This document shows positions 22,492 to 27,234 of a stretch of DNA of 27,234 nucleotides, piece after piece (position 1 is the stretch's first letter; each line of letters starts with the position of its first letter). Under the pieces are notes generated by a model that worked only from the letters and a program-made list of their open reading frames with translations, made no database searches and was not told where the DNA came from. This DNA is from a bacterium. Lineage in GTDB: Bacteria > Hydrothermota > Tepidihabitantia > Tepidihabitantales > Tepidihabitantaceae. The stretch lies in the NCBI GenBank assembly GCA_046485285.1, contig JAWOHE010000001.1:1-27234 (forward strand), given 5' to 3'. The position numbers were made by a program, and so were the translations under genes.

Positions 22492-25185
22492 ATGCGACGG
22501 CGCACCCTGCTCGCGTCCGCAGTGCTCGTCATGCTCGGTACGGCCGCGCTCGCGGCCGGCGCTCGCCCGCGCCCCCTGCCGCGCGCGCGCGGACAGGAGC
22601 GGCCCGGCCCGGTCCGACTCCTGTCCTTCGACCCGCGCGAGTGGCGCGACGCCCGGCTCGGACGCCTGCCCGCCCGCGCCGGCGAGCTCGACACCCTGCC
22701 CGAGTTCCGGCTCGACACCATCCGGGTCTTCGGACCGTCACCGGCCGAGGACCTGCCGAGCGGCATCGCCGCCGGCACCGCCAACTGCCTCGCGGTCTGG
22801 ACCGCCTACAGCGGCCTCGCCGAAATCAAGGCCGCCCGGCTGACCAACGAGGGCGCGGTCATCGACTCGACCGGCTTCCGGGTCTCGCCCGCGGGCAGCG
22901 AGTGCTACCTGCCCGCGGCCGCCTTCGACGGCGCCAACTGGCTAGTCGCCTGGATGCAGCTCGACAGCCTGAGCTTCGTCCCGGCCATCCACGCCGCCCG
23001 GGTCTCGCCCGACGGCACCGTCCCCGACCCGCAGGGCATCCCGGTCGCGACCGGCGACTGGGATAAGTCCGTGCCCGCGGTCGGCTTCGACGGCACCAAC
23101 TGGCTCGTCGCCTGGACCGACTTCCGCTCCGGCGGTGAGGCGGATGTCTACGCCGCCCGGGTCACGCCCGCCGGCACCGTCCTCGACCCGGCCGGCATCG
23201 CGGTCAGCGCCGCGACCGGCAACCAGGCCACCTGGCGCGGCATCGCCACTGACGGCGCCAACAGCCTCATCGCCTGGCACGACGACCGCAACGGCGACTT
23301 CGACGTCTACGCCGCCCGCATCACACCGGCCGGCACTGTCCTCGACCCGTCCGGCATCCGGGTGACCGCCCAGTCCGCCGAGCAGGGCCTTGCCTGCGCC
23401 GCATTCGACGGCGCGAACTACCTCGTGACCTGGCTCGACGACCGCGCCGTGCCCGAGGAAATGCAGGTATTCTGCGCCCGGCTGACACCTTCCGGCACGG
23501 TCCTCGACACCGCCGGCATCCTCGTCTCCGGCCAACCGGCCGGCTTCGGGCTCGACCTCACCTTCGGTGGCGGCAACTACCTCGCGTGCTGGTCCGACCA
23601 CCGGGGCGGGATGGCCGACAACGCCTACGCCGCCCGCATCACGCCCGCCGGCACCGTCCTCGACCCCTCCGGCATCCCGCTCTCGCCCGGCGACGAGTAC
23701 TGGCAGGACGGGCCCGCGGTCTGCTTCGCGGCCGGCGCCTATCTCGCGGTCTGGCCCGACTACCGCAACGGCAACGCCGACGCCTACGCCGCGCGGGTCC
23801 TCGCCGACGGCACGGTCCCGGACTCGGCCCGGCTCGTGACCTGGGGCTGGTCGAGCCCGTACCAGCAGACCCCGGCCGTGGCCTTCGACGGCACCAACTG
23901 GCTCGCCGTCTGGATGGACGGCCGCGACGACTGGCCCGGCATCTACGGCACGCGCGTCACCCCCGCCGGCACGGTTCTCGACCCGCAGGGTATCGCCATC
24001 GCCACCGGCGGCCAGTACTCGCCCGCCCTCTCATTCGACGGCACCAACTACCTCGTCGCCTGGGAGGAGGCAACCGAGCAGCGCTTCGGCATCTGCGCCG
24101 CCCGGGTCAGCCCGGCCGGCACCGTCCTCGAGCCGCAGGGCATCCCGATAACCAGCGGCGTCGACTACGAGACCGGCCCGGCGGTCGCCTTCGACGGCAC
24201 CAACTGGCTCGTCGCCTGGACCGCGATGGACGAACAGCTCAAATCGGAAATCCGGGCCGCCCGGGTCACCCCGGCCGGCACCGTCCTCGCCACCGTGGTC
24301 GTCAGCTCGAACGAAGGGTTCCTCGGCAACCCCGTGGTCGCCGCCGGGCCCGACCACTGGCTCGTCGCCTGGGACGACGACCGCGACAACAACCGGGTCT
24401 TCGAGGTCTACGCCGCGCGGGTCTCGCCCGACGGCACCGTCCTCGACCCGCAGGGCATCCCGGTCGCGACCGGCGACTACGACCGCCGCGACGTCGCGGT
24501 CGCCTCGGACGGCACGAACTGGCTCGTCGCATGGGCGCACGACCCGGACGGCAGCTACTGGTTCGACATCTACGCCGCCCGGGTCAGCCCGGCCGGCACC
24601 GTCCTCGACCCGCAGGGCATCCGGGTGATGGCGACCCCCGAGGACCAGTACTCGCCCGACGTCGCCTTCAACGGCCACGCCTTCCAGCTCGCCTGGCAGG
24701 ACAACCCCTGGGTCACCGGCGAAATCCGCGGCGGCCGGGTCAGCTCGGCCGGCACGGTCCTCGACCCCGGCGGCGTCCCGCTCGTCAGCGGCCCGCTCCC
24801 GCGCTTCGAGCCGCGCCTGAGCCCGGACTGCGGCCTGCTCGTCTTCGCCGGCTACGTCCCGGACGTCGGCACCCAGAAGGCCCTCGCCGCGCTGATGCCC
24901 CCGGCCGCGGTCGCCGACCGGCCTGCCCCGCGCCTCGCGCTCGGGCTCGGCGTCCGGCCCAGCCCGGCCCGCGGCCCGGTCACTGTCAGCTACAGCCTGC
25001 CCAACGCACAGGAAGTCACCCTCGCGGTCCACGACGTCGCCGGCCGGCTCGTCCGTACCCTCGCCCGCGGCCGCCACGAGCCCGGCCCTCACACCGCCCG
25101 GCTCGCCGGCCTCCCTGCCGGCGTCTACCTCGTCCGGCTCGCGGCCGGCCGCGCGACCGAGACCCGCAAGCTCGTCATCGAGTAG
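22492..25185 (+). CDS. Secreted ~14-repeat (PAVAFDGTNWLVAW...YAARVTPAGTVLDPQGI) propeller-like protein with T9SS-like CTD
   Basis: Signal peptide MRRRTLLASAVLVMLGTAALA; 13 clear plus one degenerate ~52-aa repeats; CTD ending LPAGVYLVRLAAGRATETRKLVIE. Confidence 0.88.
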   Translation: MRRRTLLASAVLVMLGTAALAAGARPRPLPRARGQERPGPVRLLSFDPREWRDARLGRLPARAGELDTLPEFRLDTIRVFGPSPAEDLPSGIAAGTANCLAVWTAYSGLAEIKAARLTNEGAVIDSTGFRVSPAGSECYLPAAAFDGANWLVAWMQLDSLSFVPAIHAARVSPDGTVPDPQGIPVATGDWDKSVPAVGFDGTNWLVAWTDFRSGGEADVYAARVTPAGTVLDPAGIAVSAATGNQATWRGIATDGANSLIAWHDDRNGDFDVYAARITPAGTVLDPSGIRVTAQSAEQGLACAAFDGANYLVTWLDDRAVPEEMQVFCARLTPSGTVLDTAGILVSGQPAGFGLDLTFGGGNYLACWSDHRGGMADNAYAARITPAGTVLDPSGIPLSPGDEYWQDGPAVCFAAGAYLAVWPDYRNGNADAYAARVLADGTVPDSARLVTWGWSSPYQQTPAVAFDGTNWLAVWMDGRDDWPGIYGTRVTPAGTVLDPQGIAIATGGQYSPALSFDGTNYLVAWEEATEQRFGICAARVSPAGTVLEPQGIPITSGVDYETGPAVAFDGTNWLVAWTAMDEQLKSEIRAARVTPAGTVLATVVVSSNEGFLGNPVVAAGPDHWLVAWDDDRDNNRVFEVYAARVSPDGTVLDPQGIPVATGDYDRRDVAVASDGTNWLVAWAHDPDGSYWFDIYAARVSPAGTVLDPQGIRVMATPEDQYSPDVAFNGHAFQLAWQDNPWVTGEIRGGRVSSAGTVLDPGGVPLVSGPLPRFEPRLSPDCGLLVFAGYVPDVGTQKALAALMPPAAVADRPAPRLALGLGVRPSPARGPVTVSYSLPNAQEVTLAVHDVAGRLVRTLARGRHEPGPHTARLAGLPAGVYLVRLAAGRATETRKLVIE

Positions 25186-25186
25186 C
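24989..25186 (+). repeat. CTD-coding repeat copy 2 (copy 1 at 22173-22370)
   Basis: Same alignment as copy 1, offset 2816 bp. Confidence 0.9.
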
Positions 25187-25199
25187 CGGCGCGCCTGTC

Positions 25200-25240
25200 A
25201 CCCCTCCCCGCCGTCCCGGCCCGGGGCGGCGGGTGAGGGT
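25200..25240. terminator. GC hairpin after the repeat protein
   Basis: CCCGCCGTCCC...GGGGCGGCGGG core, extended imperfectly by ACCC/GGGT; no U-tract. Confidence 0.35.
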
Positions 25241-25243
25241 CTA

Positions 25244-25271
25244 TTGACACTTCCCGGATTCGGCCTAGACT
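25244..25271 (+). promoter_or_regulatory. sigma70 promoter for the PIN gene (leaderless arrangement)
   Basis: TTGACA-16 nt-TAGACT-7 nt-ATG(25279). Confidence 0.72.
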
Positions 25272-25278
25272 GGCTGCA

Positions 25279-25923
25279 ATGAACCCTATCCGGACCGACA
25301 CCGCGCCCGACCGGCCGCGCCTGATGCTGGTCGACTTCGAGAACGTCCCCCAGGTCGAACTCAGCCGTCTCGACCAGAGCTTCCGCATCATCATCTTCGT
25401 CGGCGCGAGCCAGAAGAGCGTCCCCATCGAGCTCGTCACCATCGCCCAGAAGCTCGGCAACCGCGTCGAGTGGCAGAAAGTCTCCGGCGACGGCCGCAAC
25501 GCGCTCGACTTCTTCATCGCCTGGCAGCTCGGCCGGGTCTACGAGAAATCCCCACGGCCCGAGTGCTTCATCCTCTCCAAGGACAAGGGCTTCGACCCCC
25601 TGCTCAAGCACCTCAACGCCAACGGCCTCAAGTGCCGCCGCGTCGCCAGCCTCCACGAACTCGGCCCGGCCGCGGTTTCGGCCGCCGCCCAGCCCCAGCC
25701 GGCCCAGCCGGCCGGCGAATCGCCCAACGTCAAGCGCGTCGTCGAGATGCTCGGCAAGGTCGAAAAGCGCTCCCGGCCGCGCAAGCGCCGCACCCTCGCC
25801 CAGGCAATCTCCGCCCTGTTCCAGAAGAAACTCACCCGGCAGGAGATTGACGGCATCATCGACACCCTCTTCGCCCGGCAACTCATCTCCGAACAGCACA
25901 ACATCGTCACCTACAACTTCTAG
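25279..25923 (+). CDS. PIN-domain protein (PIN7/NYN-like) with C-terminal helical/winged-helix-like domain
   Basis: LVDFENV, GRNALDFFIAWQLG, ILSKDKGFDPL acidic PIN motifs; C-terminal RPRKRRTL...IIDTLFARQLI...VTY. Confidence 0.85.
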   Translation: MNPIRTDTAPDRPRLMLVDFENVPQVELSRLDQSFRIIIFVGASQKSVPIELVTIAQKLGNRVEWQKVSGDGRNALDFFIAWQLGRVYEKSPRPECFILSKDKGFDPLLKHLNANGLKCRRVASLHELGPAAVSAAAQPQPAQPAGESPNVKRVVEMLGKVEKRSRPRKRRTLAQAISALFQKKLTRQEIDGIIDTLFARQLISEQHNIVTYNF

Positions 25924-26272
25924 ACCCTGCCCTCAGCCTGCCCGCGGCTCCGCGACCACGCCGGGCCGATCCCGGCCTCGCCGGCCAGCTCCTTAAGCGT
26001 CCGGATGCCCCGCTCGATGACCCCGTTGTCTTCCGGGCAGTGCGGCCGGCTGCGACGCGCCACGATGCCCTGCCCGGCCAGAAAGCGCCGGAATTCCGCG
26101 CTCTTGAAGGCCGGCCCGTTGTCGGTCCGCACCTGGGGCACTCCAAGCTTCTCGCGCGGGCTGTACACCCGCCGTGCCGACCGCGGTCCTTCAATCATCT
26201 TCACCTCGCTACACCATCACAACCCTCCATGAATCCAACGCCAATTCTGTCCCACTTTCTGTGAACATCTCA
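25920..26272 (-). mobile_element. Internally deleted IS3-family remnant
   Basis: Candidate left IR TGAGATGTTCACAGAAAGTGGGACAG (26272-26247). OrfA-like start RRVYSPREKL is fused to the rve-core tail VRTDNGPAF...PEDNGVIER.IRTLK. No first catalytic Asp and no right IR seen. Confidence 0.75.
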
Positions 26273-26530
26273 ATAGGAGAACAACACCGGCTTAAACGCC
26301 TGCAACAGCCCGGCTCCCTGCCCGTCAGCCAGACACGCGAGGCCGGGCCCGGCCCCCTGCCACAATGCCCGCAGGCTCAGACCCGTACCATGACCCGCCG
26401 CACCCGCACAATCTCCAATCGCCTATGTTAGTCAAAACTAACGGTCACAGTATTGCGAAGACCGTCCTAACCGATTGATAAACCGAGGCTTCATTCACCT
26501 TTGAATTTACCCCCTCCCCCATACCCGGTA

Positions 26531-26638
26531 TTACTCCCCCAGTAACTCCGGGGGTTACTCCGGGAGTAACTCCCGGGGTTACTCCGGGGGTTACTCCGGG
26601 GGTTACTGGGGGAGTTACTCCCGGGGTTACTCCCGGGG
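26531..26638. repeat. 9 x 12-bp quasi-palindromic tandem array (T[TA]ACTCC[CG]GGGG)
   Basis: Units at 26531, 26543, 26555, 26567, 26579, 26591, 26603, 26615 and 26627. Contains a perfect inverted pair ACTCCCCCAGTAAC / GTTACTGGGGGAGT. Confidence 0.9.
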
Positions 26639-27234
26639 GTGTCGATCAGCTCGGCCGGCACGCCCGATGCGTCGAGCGACTTCGGCTTGGAAGCAGCGAT
26701 GTGCATGGCGATGTCGCGTGCCAGCGCTTCGTCGCCGGTGACGTCGACCAGCACGCCGATCTTGTTGCCGTGGATGTAGCTGGCGAACTTGCCCTGCGCG
26801 TCTAGGCGGGCGAAGCGGCGCACCGACATGTTCTCGCCGATCTTGCCGACCAGCTCGGTGCGGAAGGCTTCAACCGTGGTGCCGCCGTAAGGCAGCGCCG
26901 ACAGCGCGGCGACGTCGGCCGGGTTCTGGTTCAGCACCATGTCGGCCAGCGCCTTCGACAGCGCGAGGAAATCCTCATTCTTGGCGACGAAGTCGGTTTC
27001 GCAGTTGACTTCCACCATGGCGGCGGACTTGCCGTCGGCGGAAATGGCGATGGTCACCACGCCCTCGGCGGCGACGCGGCCAGCGCTCTTGGCGGCCTTG
27101 TTGCCGAAACGAACGCGCAGGATTTCCTCGGCCTTGTCCATGTCGCCGCCGGCTTCGGTCAGCGCTTTCTTGCAGTCCATCATCGGTGCGTCGGTTTTCT
27201 CGCGCAGGTCCTTGACCATGCTTGCAGTAATTTC
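26638..27234 (-). CDS. tsf: Elongation factor Ts, partial: start just outside the window, C-terminus cut at the repeat array
   Basis: [75 protein letters not shown]. Homology stops at GVPAELIDT; the frame reads through the repeats to a stop at 26491. Confidence 0.9.

Noticed and set aside
22173-25186. CTD repeat pair as DGR template/variable repeats
   Set aside because: Mismatches are not adenine-specific in either copy, both copies are coding, and no reverse transcriptase is in the window.
3583-25899. Many long antisense or alternate-frame ORFs in the track (e.g. 3583-4680, 6804-8885, 11857-13821, 13836-15806, 19435-21825, 23586-25247)
   Set aside because: Shadow ORFs of high-GC genes: Arg/Pro/Ala-rich, no family motifs, overlapping well-supported CDSs.
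26400-26434. Possible dif site (CTATGTTAGTC resembles a XerD arm)
   Set aside because: No XerC-like arm at the required 6-8 bp spacing.
26531-26638. 12-bp array as CRISPR or as a genuine EF-Ts C-terminal domain
   Set aside because: Units are contiguous without spacers, and the SNPG tail has no EF-Ts similarity.

Overview
High-GC bacterial chromosomal segment. The secreted proteins with Por/T9SS-like C-terminal domains (CTDs) and the housekeeping set suggest an FCB-related lineage such as candidate division WOR-3; this is inference only. From left to right: a lower-GC pair of secreted proteins (a partial GH-A-clan glycoside hydrolase-like gene missed by the ORF track and an LVIVD-repeat CTD protein), an orphan stand-alone CTD ORF, tRNA-Met(CAT), ilvE-rpiB, an SLBB/Wza-like export protein, and a membrane-fused spermidine-synthase-like protein carrying an in-frame palindromic-repeat insertion. 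Next are nikR with a candidate operator heading a ZnuABC-type metal ABC transporter whose binding protein has altered ligands, DUF2007-ppdK-pckA (pckA with a 3x57-bp in-frame tandem insertion), and HD protein-glyQ-M20 amidohydrolase-TPR protein. Then come an M1 aminopeptidase and a 14-repeat propeller-like protein sharing near-identical CTDs, a PIN-domain protein, an internally deleted IS3-family remnant, a 9x12-bp palindromic array, and a truncated betaproteobacterial-type tsf that is probably a chimeric join. Five genes appear leaderless (start codon 6-7 nt after a clear sigma70 -10 box). The best candidates for undescribed biology are the NikR-controlled CPGH-type metal importer, the exchangeable/orphan CTD modules, and in-frame repeat insertions in genes.
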